Notes: generated from the letters alone by a model not told the origin. A DNA stretch of 64,000 nucleotides from Spirochaetia bacterium (GCA_965199955.1 CBDATQ010000002.1:1568001-1632000), one strand, 5' to 3'; shown: positions 43,999 through 55,876, counted from the first letter of the stretch. Program-made: numbers and translations.

Positions 43999-44376
43999 AT
44001 GGCAATGCCGATCCCGGTGCTCGACGTGATGACCGACGACCTGGAACCGTGGCCGATGGCTGCCGAGCAGATCCTGAGCGGTCCGCCGCGCATGGCGTCG
44101 CGGGACCTTTACCGCGCGCCCGATGACAGCACGTGGATCGCCGTCTGGACCAGCACGGTCGGCTCGTTCTGGTCCCGGTATACCGGCGACGAGACGATCT
44201 ACCTGATTGCCGGGCGCGCGCGCATCACCGACCAGGACGGCCGCAGCGCCACCTACTGCGCCGGGCAGGCGATCCTGATCCGCGCCGGCAGCCGCTGCAC
44301 GTGGGAGATCGAGGAGCCGGTGCGCATGCTGTTCCACTACCGCGCCGCGGACGGCGCCGGAGAGGCGCGGTCATGA
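43999..44376 (+). CDS. Cupin domain protein (DUF861/EutQ-like)
   Basis: VWTSTVGSF, DETIYLIAGRARITD, GQAILIRAG..CTWEI. Confidence 0.8.
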   Translation: MAMPIPVLDVMTDDLEPWPMAAEQILSGPPRMASRDLYRAPDDSTWIAVWTSTVGSFWSRYTGDETIYLIAGRARITDQDGRSATYCAGQAILIRAGSRCTWEIEEPVRMLFHYRAADGAGEARS

Positions 44377-45287
44377 GCCGCGGCACCGAGGTCGTCGACC
44401 GCCTGAAGGGGCCGGTGGTCCCGGTCAACATCTGCTTCGCCGACGACCACTCGATCGACTACGAGGCGATGCGCCGCTACGTCGACTGGCTGTGCGAGCA
44501 GCGCGTGCCGGTCATCCTGCTGACCTACGGCAGCAGCGAGTTCTCGGTCCTGTCGGCCGCGGAGATCTGGAAGCTCACCGAGCTGTTCGCGCGCACCGTT
44601 GCCGGCCGCGCGTTGTTCGTGACCTCCACCGGCTACTGGAGCATCGACGAGTGCCGGGAGTTCCTGCGGCACGCCGACGCGGTCGGCGCCGACGCGGTCA
44701 AGGTGCAGATCAACCCGTGGCTGGGCCAGGAGCGTGAGGTGCTGGTCGGCTACTTCGACGCCATCCGCGGCGCCGCCGGCATCCCGGTGCTGGTGTGGGG
44801 CGCGTGGCCCGACCCGTATCCGATCGCCACCGTGCGCGAGCTGGCCGCCCGCGACGAGGTGGTCGGCATCAAGAACGACGGCGATCCGTTCTACGCGTAC
44901 TACGACCTGCTGCGCGCGACCGCCGAGGAGAGCTTCGCGGTGATCTCGGGCGGCCAGATGCGCAACTTCATGCTGGGCTATCCGCTGGGCGGCGCCGCGT
45001 ACCTGTGCACGGTGGCGCCGTTCCGCCCCGACCTGGCGCTACGGTTCTACGGGCACCTGCGGGCCGGCGAGATGGACGCGGCCTGGGCGATGGTGAAGCG
45101 ATACGAGGACCGCTGGCTGCAGTTGGCCATCAAGCACGGCTGGCTGGAGAGCGTGAAGGTGGCGATGGAGCTGCACGGCCTGGTGCCGAATGCAAGGCTG
45201 GGCCGTCCGCGCCCGTCGCTGGAGGGCGCGGCGCGCGAGGTCGTGCAGGCGACGGTGAGGGAGGTCTTCGGCGACCCGGGCGCGTGA
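44373..45287 (+). CDS. Dihydrodipicolinate synthase-like class I aldolase/lyase
   Basis: LKGPVVP, IDYEAMRRYVDWL, GADAV, VVGIKND (Schiff-base Lys); ATGA coupling to the cupin. Confidence 0.82.
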   Translation: MSRGTEVVDRLKGPVVPVNICFADDHSIDYEAMRRYVDWLCEQRVPVILLTYGSSEFSVLSAAEIWKLTELFARTVAGRALFVTSTGYWSIDECREFLRHADAVGADAVKVQINPWLGQEREVLVGYFDAIRGAAGIPVLVWGAWPDPYPIATVRELAARDEVVGIKNDGDPFYAYYDLLRATAEESFAVISGGQMRNFMLGYPLGGAAYLCTVAPFRPDLALRFYGHLRAGEMDAAWAMVKRYEDRWLQLAIKHGWLESVKVAMELHGLVPNARLGRPRPSLEGAAREVVQATVREVFGDPGA

Positions 45288-45321
45288 CCGCCCGTCAGGT
45301 CTGCGAAGGAGGTAAAGAGCG

Positions 45322-46344
45322 ATGGCCGGCGACGATATGACCAGAGCTGTCCATTACCAGATGGCAGATCCCGGTACCAGGTGGATCAAGGATGCCAAAA
45401 TTGCGGTCGACTCGGATGGTCCGCTCGACGCCACGCGGGTCCTTACCCCGAACGTGATAAAGGTGGGCCGGGGATACCGGATGTATTATCATGGCTTCGG
45501 ACCGGAACGCCCAAATCCCGACTCGAAAGGGTATATCTTGAGCTCTTTTTCCACCGACGCCGAGCAGTGGCAGAAGGAGCCGGGTGTGCGGCTGGATGCC
45601 GGCGGTGACGGGGCGGCGCACTATATCTGGAGTCCCGAGGTGATCCCTTTGCCGGACGGCGGCTATCGGATGTATGTCGAGGGGCGGACCGAGCAGGCGG
45701 GAGGTGCGGTCCGCAGCGCCATCATCAGCGCACTCTCGGATGACGGGCTCGTGTGGGAACGAGAACAAGGCGTTCGTCTGGGCGGCGAGCACACCTCGTA
45801 TGGCGCCCCGAGATGCCTGTATCTCGACCCAGACGGCCAACCATCCCGCTACCGCCTCTATGCCAGCGCTTCGCCCTTTCCGGATACCACCCCGCCGCCA
45901 GGGGCCTTCAACGGGCACAACATCGTCAGTGCGGTGGCCACTGACGGTCTGCACTTCGAGTTGGAGCCGGGCGTCCGAGTCGCGCAGGAAAGCGAGCTGG
46001 AGTCAGCTTCCGTCTATGCGCCAGAGGTCCTACTTCTGAGCCACGGGGGATACCGGATGTATTACGCCGGATGGGTGGCAGCGCCCGAGGTTCCGGCGGG
46101 ATCGAAGTATCACGGCAGAATCTTCAGCGCCTTTTCGCGCGACGGGCTCGATTGGCGCAAGGACCCGGGCATTTGCGTCGATAACGGGGGGCGCTGGGAC
46201 ACCGCCAAGGCGTCCGAGCCCTGCGTGATCGACCTGGCCGATGGCCGCTTCCGCCTGTTTTACGAAGCCTGTGATCTGGAGGGCCGCTGGCGCATCGCCA
46301 GCGCGACTTCTGCTCACCCGCAGCCTAACCGAGTCGCTCGGTGA
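45322..46344 (+). CDS. Five-bladed beta-propeller, glycosidase-like protein
   Basis: Five repeats of (G)YRMYY.G...I.SA.S.DG..W..E.GV. Confidence 0.65.
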   Translation: MAGDDMTRAVHYQMADPGTRWIKDAKIAVDSDGPLDATRVLTPNVIKVGRGYRMYYHGFGPERPNPDSKGYILSSFSTDAEQWQKEPGVRLDAGGDGAAHYIWSPEVIPLPDGGYRMYVEGRTEQAGGAVRSAIISALSDDGLVWEREQGVRLGGEHTSYGAPRCLYLDPDGQPSRYRLYASASPFPDTTPPPGAFNGHNIVSAVATDGLHFELEPGVRVAQESELESASVYAPEVLLLSHGGYRMYYAGWVAAPEVPAGSKYHGRIFSAFSRDGLDWRKDPGICVDNGGRWDTAKASEPCVIDLADGRFRLFYEACDLEGRWRIASATSAHPQPNRVAR

Positions 46345-46623
46345 GCGTGCGGTAGAAACGCCGGGCGACGTCCCACCGCTCGCCGCTCTCCATCCACTGG
46401 CTCAGCTCGCCTTCGACGGCGCCGCTCGCCCACTGGCGGCCGTGCGCGCACAGGGCCTCCAGCAGTCCCAGGCCGTCGAGGTAGCGGGAATAGGGGCCCA
46501 GCTCGCCGGTCGCGCGCTGGCGCTCGATCTCGGCATCGCTCCAGGCCGGGGTTCTTGGCGCTCTCGATCGGCTCGCTGTTGATCCGTCACGATCAGCAAG
46601 TAGTTGGGGAGGGAGGGAGTCAC
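46325..46623 (-). pseudogene. Sulfatase remnant downstream of the tRNA
   Basis: VTPSLPNYLLIVTDQQRAD followed by out-of-frame coding-like scraps. Confidence 0.55.
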
Positions 46624-46646
46624 GGGGTGATTCTGCCGGACGGGAA

Positions 46647-46720
46647 CGGGCAATGCGGGATTCGAACCCACGACCTCTGGCTCCGGAGGCCAGCGCTCTA
46701 TCCAGCTGAGCTAATTGCCC
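46647..46720 (-). tRNA. tRNA-Arg(CCG), CCA not encoded
   Basis: GGGCAATTAGCTCAGCTGGATAGAGCG-CTGGC-CTCCGGA-GCCAG-AGGTCGTGGGTTCGAATCCCGCATTGCCCG; cloverleaf, anticodon CCG. Confidence 0.95.
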
Positions 46721-46779
46721 TCACCCCGCAGAGTACCACAGGTGATCCGGACCTCCAACAGCAACTGCGTGTCACTGCC

Positions 46780-46845
46780 GACGCAGCCGGTTACGTACGG
46801 ATCGTGCTCGTCGCTCATGATGACGACGATGTTCGGGCGGCTCAC
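46780..46845 (-). pseudogene. Sulfatase (choline-sulfatase-like) N-terminal stub upstream of the tRNA
   Basis: VSRPNIVVIMSDEHDPYVTGC then unrelated sequence. Confidence 0.65.
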
Positions 46846-46889
46846 CGTGCCGCGCCCCGGGCGCTGTGGCGCTGCCGCGCGCGCACGGC

Positions 46890-48713
<1,824 letters not shown>

Positions 48714-48733
48714 AATCGATGATACCCTACGGC

Positions 48734-50192
48734 ATGGACCGAGCGATGGACACCGGCGCGGAGCCGCGGCCGCCGAACTTCATCGTCATCTTCTGCGACG
48801 ACCTGGGCTACGGCGACCTGGGCTGCTACGGCTCTGCCGACCACGACACGACCCGGCTGGATCGGATGGCGGCGGAAGGCATGCGCTTCACCGATGCCTA
48901 CGTGCCGTCGCCGGTGTGCACGCCGTCGCGGGCGGGCCTCCTCACCGGCTGCTACCCGCGGCGCGTCGGGCTGGAAGCCGGGGAGGGGAACCTGCCGGTG
49001 CTGTTCCCCGGCGACGCGATCGGCCTGTCTGGCGACGAGGTGACCATCGCCTCGCTGCTCCGGGCTCAGGGGTACACCACCGGCATGGTGGGCAAGTGGC
49101 ACCTCGGCGACCAGGGCGCGTTCCTGCCGCCGGCGCACGGGTTCGACGACTTCCTGGGCCTGCCGTACTCGAACGACATGCACTGCGACCTGGAGCTGCC
49201 CCCGGAGATCGGGCGCATGCCGCCGCTCATGCTGTTGCGGCAGGACCGGGTGGTCGAGGCCGATCCCAACCAGGTGTCGTTGACTGACCGCTACCTCGTG
49301 CACGCGCTGCGGTTCATCCACGACAACCGCGACCGGCCCTTCTTCCTCTATTTCGCCCACCACTACGTCCACCTGCCGATCCACGTGCCGCAGAACTACC
49401 TGCGAACCTCGCGCAACGGTCCCTACGGCGCGGCGGTCGCGCACGTCGACTTCACCGTCGGCACGATCCTGGACACGCTCGCGGACCTGGGCATCGACGA
49501 GCGCACGCTGGTGATCTTCACTTCCGACAACGGCGCCAGCGCGGCGCCGGCGCCGCGGGAGCGGGACCGGCAGCGCCGGCGCACCGGAGGCACGGGCAGC
49601 AACGGGCCGCTGCGGGGCGGCAAGGGCACGACCTGGGAGGGCGGCCTGCGCGAGCCGTTCATCGCCTGGCGCCCGGGCACGGTGCCGGCGGGCGCCGCGT
49701 GCCGGGAGCTCTGCACGACCATGGACTTGCTGCCCACCTTCGCGCGCATGGCCGGCACGACGGAACCCGCGGACCGCACGATCGACGGCCGTGACCTTAC
49801 CCCGCTCTTGACCGGCCGGCCCGGCGCCGGCACCCCGCATGAGGTGTTCTGCTACTACTCCGCGTCGACGCGGTGCCTGGACGCGGTGCGTCGCGGGCGC
49901 TGGAAGCTGCACCTGGGCCGCCACACCGGCGGGCTGGTGCCGGCCGCGCTGGAGGCGAGCGAGCTCTACGACCTGGAGGCGGACGTGGGCGAGACCACCG
50001 ACCTGTCCGGCCGGGAGCCGGCGGTGGTGCGGGAGCTGCTGGACCTGGCGGACGCCTGCCTCGACGACTTGGGCGACGCGCGCACCGGGATCGCGGGCGC
50101 CGATCGCCGGCCGGTGGGCCGGGTGGATGATCCGGGTCACGCTGCTGCCGCGCCCGGAGGAGCACCTCTGGGTGAGGGCGTACTACGACTGA
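48734..50192 (+). CDS. Cys-type arylsulfatase family protein (apparent +1 frameshift ~50135)
   Basis: PNFIVIFCDDLGYGD, CTPSRAGLLTG, GKWHLG, FTSDNG, GKGTTWEGG; natural-looking tail TLLPRPEEHLWVRAYYD* is out of frame. Confidence 0.88.
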
Positions 50193-50211
50193 GCGGCGGC
50201 TGCGGCCGAGC

Positions 50212-51519
50212 TCAATAGTCGTCGGAGAAGCGTCGCGGCGGCCTGGGCGCCGTGTCGGCCCTGGCGGCATCGAGCAGCACTTGCGGCTCCAGGCGCATGC
50301 CGCCTCGGATCACCAGATCGATGTCGCGCAGCGCCTCGATCTCCCGGCTCGGGTCGCCGCGGACGACGATGAGGTCCGCTTCGTGCCCCGCCGCCACGGT
50401 GCCGATCCGGTCTTCCATCTGCAGCGCCTCGGCCGCGTCGCGGGTCGCCGCGCGCAGGCAGCGGCGCGGCTGCATGCCGCAGTCGACCAGCAGCGCCAGC
50501 TCGTCCACCAGGCCGAACCCCGGCATGACGTGGCAGAAGGGGGCGTCGCTGCCGGTGACGATGCAGGCGCCGCGCTCGGCGAGTGACGCGGTCATGATCT
50601 GCATGGCGGCCAGCGCGCGCACGCGGCGCACGCGCGCGGCTGCCGGGGCCGGCCCGCCGTACAGCGTGTCCCACCAGGCGCGCAGCTCGGCCGGGGCGTA
50701 GGCGAACTGCCGGTGGCGCGGGTGGCGCGGGTCGCCCGCGTCCGTGATGCGCTTCCACACGATTCGTGTCGGGGCCAGCCAGGTGCCGCTGTCGATCACT
50801 GCGTCCAGCAGTTTCTGCACGCGGTCCGGCTCCAGATCCGGCCACAGGTCCAGCCAGTGCTCGCCGGCCGCGTGCCGCTCCGGCCACAGCGCCTCGGCAA
50901 ATCCCGACAGGTGCTCGATCTCGTCGAGCCCCGCGGCGATCGCCTCGGCGGCGTGCATGTGGTCCTGCAGATGGGCGACGGTGAACCGGCCGTGGTGCTT
51001 CGCACGCTCCAGCACGGCCAGCGTGCACGGCCGGTCGAGTCCCGCGTAGATCTTGATCTGGTCGACGCCGGCGTCGACCAGGCGGTCCACCTGGGTCCGT
51101 GCTTCGCGCGGCGTGCGGATGATCTCGGCCGTGCCGGTCCAGCTCTTGCCCGAGTCGCCGTCGAGCAGTGGTCCGGTGCCGACGAAGCGCGGCGCGCAGG
51201 CGTCCGGGCGGTTCCACGCCTCCCGCCTCGCGATCGTCTGATCGAGCGGGCAGCCGACGTCCCGAACCGCCGTCACCCCGTTGGCCAGGTACAGGGGCGC
51301 GTGCCAGTCCTCGGAGTGCACGTGGACGTCGACCAGCCCCGGCAGGATGAAGGCGCCGGCCACGTCCATGCGCTCGACTGCCGATTCCGGCGGCAATTCG
51401 CCGACCGGCGCCACCGCGGCGATGCGCGTGCCACGCACGTGCACGGCGCAGTCGGCAAGCCAACCGGTCGTACCGGTTTCGAACACGTGACCGCCGACCA
51501 GCACGAACTCACGTCCCAT
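50212..51519 (-). CDS. Amidohydrolase family protein
   Basis: LPGLVDVHVH, NGVTAVRD, DQIKIY, IEH, GSDA, IGTVAAGHEADLIVV. Confidence 0.9.
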   Translation of the reverse strand: MGREFVLVGGHVFETGTTGWLADCAVHVRGTRIAAVAPVGELPPESAVERMDVAGAFILPGLVDVHVHSEDWHAPLYLANGVTAVRDVGCPLDQTIARREAWNRPDACAPRFVGTGPLLDGDSGKSWTGTAEIIRTPREARTQVDRLVDAGVDQIKIYAGLDRPCTLAVLERAKHHGRFTVAHLQDHMHAAEAIAAGLDEIEHLSGFAEALWPERHAAGEHWLDLWPDLEPDRVQKLLDAVIDSGTWLAPTRIVWKRITDAGDPRHPRHRQFAYAPAELRAWWDTLYGGPAPAAARVRRVRALAAMQIMTASLAERGACIVTGSDAPFCHVMPGFGLVDELALLVDCGMQPRRCLRAATRDAAEALQMEDRIGTVAAGHEADLIVVRGDPSREIEALRDIDLVIRGGMRLEPQVLLDAARADTAPRPPRRFSDDY

Positions 51520-51551
51520 CGGTGTCACTGGCGGGGCACGGGAGCCTCGGG

Positions 51552-52595
51552 TTACGCGGGAGCACCCTCGGCCTGTGCGAGGTGGGCTCGCCGCAGTCCT
51601 TCCCGGAAGCCGACCATCTGCCGGGTCGTCTCATCGTAAAGACGCACGGACATGCATCTCGCCGTATCGCGCAGGCGGAGGACCGGAACCTGGCGGAACA
51701 TCGGCTGTTCCCGGTGTGCGCGCGCCAGGTGGTAGTTGGGGATGCCAGGACTCAGGTGGTGCACGTGATGGAAGCCGATGTTGCCGGTGAACCACTGCAG
51801 GACCCGCGGCAGCTTCAGGTAGGACGATCCCCGCAACGCCGCGTCGGCAAACTCCCAGCCCTCGCGGCGGCTCCAGTACACGTCCTCGAATTGATGCTGA
51901 ACGTAGAACAGCCAGGTCCCGACCATGGACGCGGCCACGAATACCGGCGTGAAGACCAGGACGAAGTCGACGAACCCGAACGGCAGCGACATGGCGGCCA
52001 CGAACAGCGCCACCCCGAGGTTGGTCCACATGATGGCCCGGTTGGCGCGGCTGCCGGCGTGCTTGCGGGGAAAGCGGTGATTGAGCAGGAAGCTGAGGGG
52101 AGCGATCAGGACGAACAGCACCAGCGGGTTCCGGAACACCCGGTACGCCAGGCGCAGGATGCGCGGTGCATCGGCAAACTCCTGCACGGTCATCGTCCAG
52201 ACGTCGCCCAGGCCGCGCCGGTCCAGGTCGCCGGCGTTGGCGTGGTGCATGGCATGCATGTGGGTCCAGTACCGGTACGGCGTGAAGGCGAGGATCCCCG
52301 CGAAGTAGCCGACGGCTCGGTTCCAGCGGCTGACAGGGAGAAAGGACCCGTGTCCGGCATCGTGGAATATGATGAAGATGCGGATCAGGAACCCTGCGGT
52401 CGGCAGGGCCAGGAGCAGGCTGAGCGGGTAGGAGAGTTGCGCGATCGCGCCCATGGCGAGGATCCCGGCGACGTACGGGACGACCGAGGTCGCAAGCTGG
52501 CCGAGGCCCCGTCCCACCGACGGCTGCCGGTACTGACGGAGCGCGCCCTGCAGTGAGCGGGACTCATTTCCGGCAGCGATCAACTGGTCGTTCAC
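51552..52595 (-). CDS. Membrane fatty acid desaturase (Bacillus Des-like)
   Basis: His boxes HDAGH, HAMHH, HHVHH; WLFYVQHQFE, WFTGNIG. Confidence 0.92.
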   Translation of the reverse strand: MNDQLIAAGNESRSLQGALRQYRQPSVGRGLGQLATSVVPYVAGILAMGAIAQLSYPLSLLLALPTAGFLIRIFIIFHDAGHGSFLPVSRWNRAVGYFAGILAFTPYRYWTHMHAMHHANAGDLDRRGLGDVWTMTVQEFADAPRILRLAYRVFRNPLVLFVLIAPLSFLLNHRFPRKHAGSRANRAIMWTNLGVALFVAAMSLPFGFVDFVLVFTPVFVAASMVGTWLFYVQHQFEDVYWSRREGWEFADAALRGSSYLKLPRVLQWFTGNIGFHHVHHLSPGIPNYHLARAHREQPMFRQVPVLRLRDTARCMSVRLYDETTRQMVGFREGLRRAHLAQAEGAPA

Positions 52596-52763
52596 GTCCT
52601 TTTGCCCTCCCTGACGGCGAGGGCCGGTTTTTGACCTTCCCCAGCATCTCCGGGTGCTCGCGGCGTACCCGGTAACAGCGCTCGCTGCCGTGCTTCGTTC
52701 GCCACGGACGATGATAGCCGAAACCTCGCGGAAGTGCGCCGGCGGTGACGGACGTGCGCCGGC

Positions 52764-54452
52764 TCAGCGGCGCGCCCCGCGCCGGCGCAGCAGCGCGGCG
52801 AGCTCGCCGTGGCCCTGCCCGGACGCCCACGCCAGCGGCGTGGCCCACGCCTCGGCGTCCGGCTCGTCGACCGCGGCGCCGCGGTCGATCAGGAGCCGGG
52901 CCAGCTCCTCGCGTCCCCACCGGCACGCCCAGCCCAGCGGCGTGGAGCGGAGCAGCGGGTCGCGCCGGGTCAGCCCGGCGCCCGCGTCGAGCAGCAGCGT
53001 CGCGAACGCGACGCGCTCCTCTTCCGTGATCACCTGGCGGCCCCACGTCTCACCGGCCTGCGCCACGTGCTGCAGGGTCGTGAAACCGTGGTGGCCGGTG
53101 ACGTCCGGATCGACCCCGTGCGCCAGGATCAGCTCCAGGCAGCGCGGATAGGTGGTGCGATCGAATCCTTCGCCGTCCAGCGGGCCGTGGTTCCAGAGCC
53201 GCAGCGGCTGCTGCAGGATCTGGCTCCACCACGGGTCGTCCGGCGGCCGTTCGACCAGGGGAAGGCAGAGCTCGACGATCGCGGGCTCCCCGCCGCACGC
53301 CGCGGCCCACAGCAGCTGCTCGTACGCGGTGCGGTCGCGCCGGTCGGTGAGCGCGGGCGCTCGGCCTTCGATGACGTCCCGCGCGGCCGGCACGTCCCGG
53401 TACAGGCCGATGATCTCGACGTAGACGACTGCGCCGCGCCGCCTCAGCAAGGCCTTCATCCGCTCGTCGCGCGCCCCGTAGGCCCGTTCCATGGGGGGGC
53501 CGGAGGCGTACACCATCGCGTTCACGTCGGCCCCGGCGTCGAGCAGCGTCTCCGCCATCGCGTACTCCCCGTACGCGGCGGCGTGCCAGAGCGGCATGCC
53601 CCAGCTCTGCGCCAGCGGCTCGACGTTGGGCAGATCGATGCGCTCGTCGGGATCCAGGCCCTTGGCGAGCAGCAGGCCCAGCACCGCCGGCTGGCCGTAG
53701 GTGACCGCCACGGTGAGGACGCCTCCGGAGTGCCCGGTGGCCTGCTGCAGCCGCTCCGTCGGGATCGGCCGCAGAAAGGCGAGGTCGCCCACCGCCGCGG
53801 CGCCCCGCGGCGTCTGCTCCGCGCCGGCGTCGAGCAACGCCTGCGCCGCGGCCCGTGCCGCAGGCGCCCGCTCTCGCTGCGTCCACCCGAACGACAGCAC
53901 CGCGCAATCGAGCGGCGTCAGGCCTGCAGCATCCGGCTGCGACGGGCGCTCGTCGCGCGCCGCCAGAAGGCGCACGAGCGGCAGGTCGGCCTGCGCGGCG
54001 GCGGCGTGCAGCGGCTTCCGCCCTTGCGCGTCGACTTCGGCGATGCGCTCCAGGTCCGCCTCCAGCAGCCGCTCGACGCCTTCCAGGTCGCCGTCACGGA
54101 CCAGGTCGAACAGCTCGTCGCCGCGTTGCGGGTCGGCGCCCGCCTGCGCGGCCCGGCGGTCCAGCTCGTCGCGGATGAGCGCGACCACGTCGTCGTAGCC
54201 GCGGTCCTCGGCCAGCGTCAGCGGCGAGGTGGCGTCGCGGTGCGGATAGATGCCGTTGTGCGGATCCGCGCCGGCCTCCAGGAGGAAGCGCGTGCACGCC
54301 AGGTCGCGGTTGAGCACCGCGTAGTGCAGGGCCGTGTGCTCGTCGTCTTCGGCGCGGTCCAGCTTCACCAGGTCGGGACGGGAGGCCACCAGCTCGCGGA
54401 GGGTCGGGAGATCCCTCTGCTCGGCGGCTCGGAAGAAGCGCTCTGCGGACAT
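52764..54452 (-). CDS. Ankyrin repeat protein
   Basis: TALHYA..LLEAGAD, KPLHAAA, TPLDCA, PLWHAA..LLDAGADVNA, TPLGWAC..LLIDRGA. Confidence 0.9.
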   Translation of the reverse strand: MSAERFFRAAEQRDLPTLRELVASRPDLVKLDRAEDDEHTALHYAVLNRDLACTRFLLEAGADPHNGIYPHRDATSPLTLAEDRGYDDVVALIRDELDRRAAQAGADPQRGDELFDLVRDGDLEGVERLLEADLERIAEVDAQGRKPLHAAAAQADLPLVRLLAARDERPSQPDAAGLTPLDCAVLSFGWTQRERAPAARAAAQALLDAGAEQTPRGAAAVGDLAFLRPIPTERLQQATGHSGGVLTVAVTYGQPAVLGLLLAKGLDPDERIDLPNVEPLAQSWGMPLWHAAAYGEYAMAETLLDAGADVNAMVYASGPPMERAYGARDERMKALLRRRGAVVYVEIIGLYRDVPAARDVIEGRAPALTDRRDRTAYEQLLWAAACGGEPAIVELCLPLVERPPDDPWWSQILQQPLRLWNHGPLDGEGFDRTTYPRCLELILAHGVDPDVTGHHGFTTLQHVAQAGETWGRQVITEEERVAFATLLLDAGAGLTRRDPLLRSTPLGWACRWGREELARLLIDRGAAVDEPDAEAWATPLAWASGQGHGELAALLRRRGARR

Positions 54453-54457
54453 CGGCC

Positions 54458-55516
54458 CTACAGCGTGACGGCTCGGCCGGAGCGGACCGACTCATCGGCG
54501 GCCAGCACGATGCGCAGGCTGTCGACGGCGTCGCGCAGGTCGGCGGACAGGTCGCGGTCCTCGCGGATGGCGTCGAGCAGGTAGCGTTGCTCGCGGTCGC
54601 ACAGCTCCTGGTGGTCGGGCTCGTCCGAGGTGTCGATGTAGCGGTCGGCAGTGGTGAATACGCCTTCGGCGTCGGTCTCGGCCGCGTGCAGCAGCAGGCC
54701 GCCGGTGGACGTGTGCTTGTCGATCACGTCCGATTCGCCCGGCGGATGGTCGATCATGCTGACGCTGCCGAGCGGGCCGATCACGTCCTTCACGAAGTAG
54801 GCGGTCTCGCTCATCATCGGCCCCCAGCCGGCCTCGTACCAGCCTACCGAGCCGTCGTCGAAGGTCACCTGGAGCTGACCGTAGTTGTACATGTCGCGGG
54901 CGATCTCCGCGCTCAGCCGGGCGCCGACCGCCTGTACCCGCACCGGGCGCGAGCCGGTCATGCGGCTCATGACGTCCACGTAGTGAACGCCGCAGTCGAC
55001 GATCGGGGACATGGACCTCATCAGGTTGCGGTGGCCGAGCCAGCGCTCGGCCGACGACTGCTGGTTGAGGTTCATGCGCATCACCAGCGGCCGGCCCAGC
55101 CGGCTCGCGTGCTCGATGAAGGTCCGCCACGACGGGTGGTGGCGGAGGATGTAGCCCACGACGACCTTGCGGCCGGCGTCCCGCGCCGCGGACACGATCT
55201 CCTCGGCTTCGGCGACGGTCTCGGCCAGCGGCTTCTCCACGAACAGGTGGCAGCCGGCCGCGAGCGCCTGCATGGCGTAGGCGTGGTGGGAGTCGGGATG
55301 GGTGTTGATCGACACCACCTGCGGCGAGGAGTCCGCAAGCGCCTCGTCCAGGGACCCGAACGGCGTGGCGTCGAGCTCGCGGGCCACCGCCTCCCGCGAA
55401 GAGGGGCCGCGGCTGACCACGCCCGCCAACTCGTAGCCGTCGATGCCGCGGTAGGCGCGCGCGTGCGATGCGCCCATCGTGCCGCACCCGACGACGACGA
55501 CCTTGAGATCCTCCAT
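54458..55516 (-). CDS. Gfo/Idh/MocA family oxidoreductase
   Basis: VVGCGTMGASH, HLFVEKP, DCGVHYVD. Confidence 0.92.
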   Translation of the reverse strand: MEDLKVVVVGCGTMGASHARAYRGIDGYELAGVVSRGPSSREAVARELDATPFGSLDEALADSSPQVVSINTHPDSHHAYAMQALAAGCHLFVEKPLAETVAEAEEIVSAARDAGRKVVVGYILRHHPSWRTFIEHASRLGRPLVMRMNLNQQSSAERWLGHRNLMRSMSPIVDCGVHYVDVMSRMTGSRPVRVQAVGARLSAEIARDMYNYGQLQVTFDDGSVGWYEAGWGPMMSETAYFVKDVIGPLGSVSMIDHPPGESDVIDKHTSTGGLLLHAAETDAEGVFTTADRYIDTSDEPDHQELCDREQRYLLDAIREDRDLSADLRDAVDSLRIVLAADESVRSGRAVTL

Positions 55517-55520
55517 CGCG

Positions 55521-55859
55521 CTATCGCTTGTCGCCGTCGCCGCCGATCGTGCCGCGTTCCTTGCGCAAGAAGAGCTTCTCCAGGTTGGCGCGGGCAACCT
55601 CGTCCAGGTCCAGGTCCAGCTCGGTGCAGATCTGCGCCAGGTACCAGAGCACGTCGCCGAGCTCCATCTTCAGAGACTCGCGGTCGGCGTCGCTGATGCG
55701 GCCGTCCTTGTCCCGGAACAGCTTCTTGATCTTGCCGGCCACCTCGCCCGCCTCGTTGGCCAGCCCCAGCGTGGGATAGACGATGGGGTGATCGGTCCTG
55801 ACCAGCCCCCAAGTCTTGCGGGACTGCCGTTGATAGGATGCGAATTCGCGGACATCCAT
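55521..55859 (-). CDS. MazG-like nucleoside triphosphate pyrophosphohydrolase
   Basis: YPTLGLANEAGEVAGKIKK, ELGDVLWY, NLEKL..RKERG.IGGDGD.R. Confidence 0.9.
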   Translation of the reverse strand: MDVREFASYQRQSRKTWGLVRTDHPIVYPTLGLANEAGEVAGKIKKLFRDKDGRISDADRESLKMELGDVLWYLAQICTELDLDLDEVARANLEKLFLRKERGTIGGDGDKR

Positions 55860-55876
55860 GGCACGACGACAGTAGC

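Noticed and set aside
46647..46720. tRNA-anchored genomic island
   Set aside because: No duplicated tRNA 3' end or integrase found in the window.
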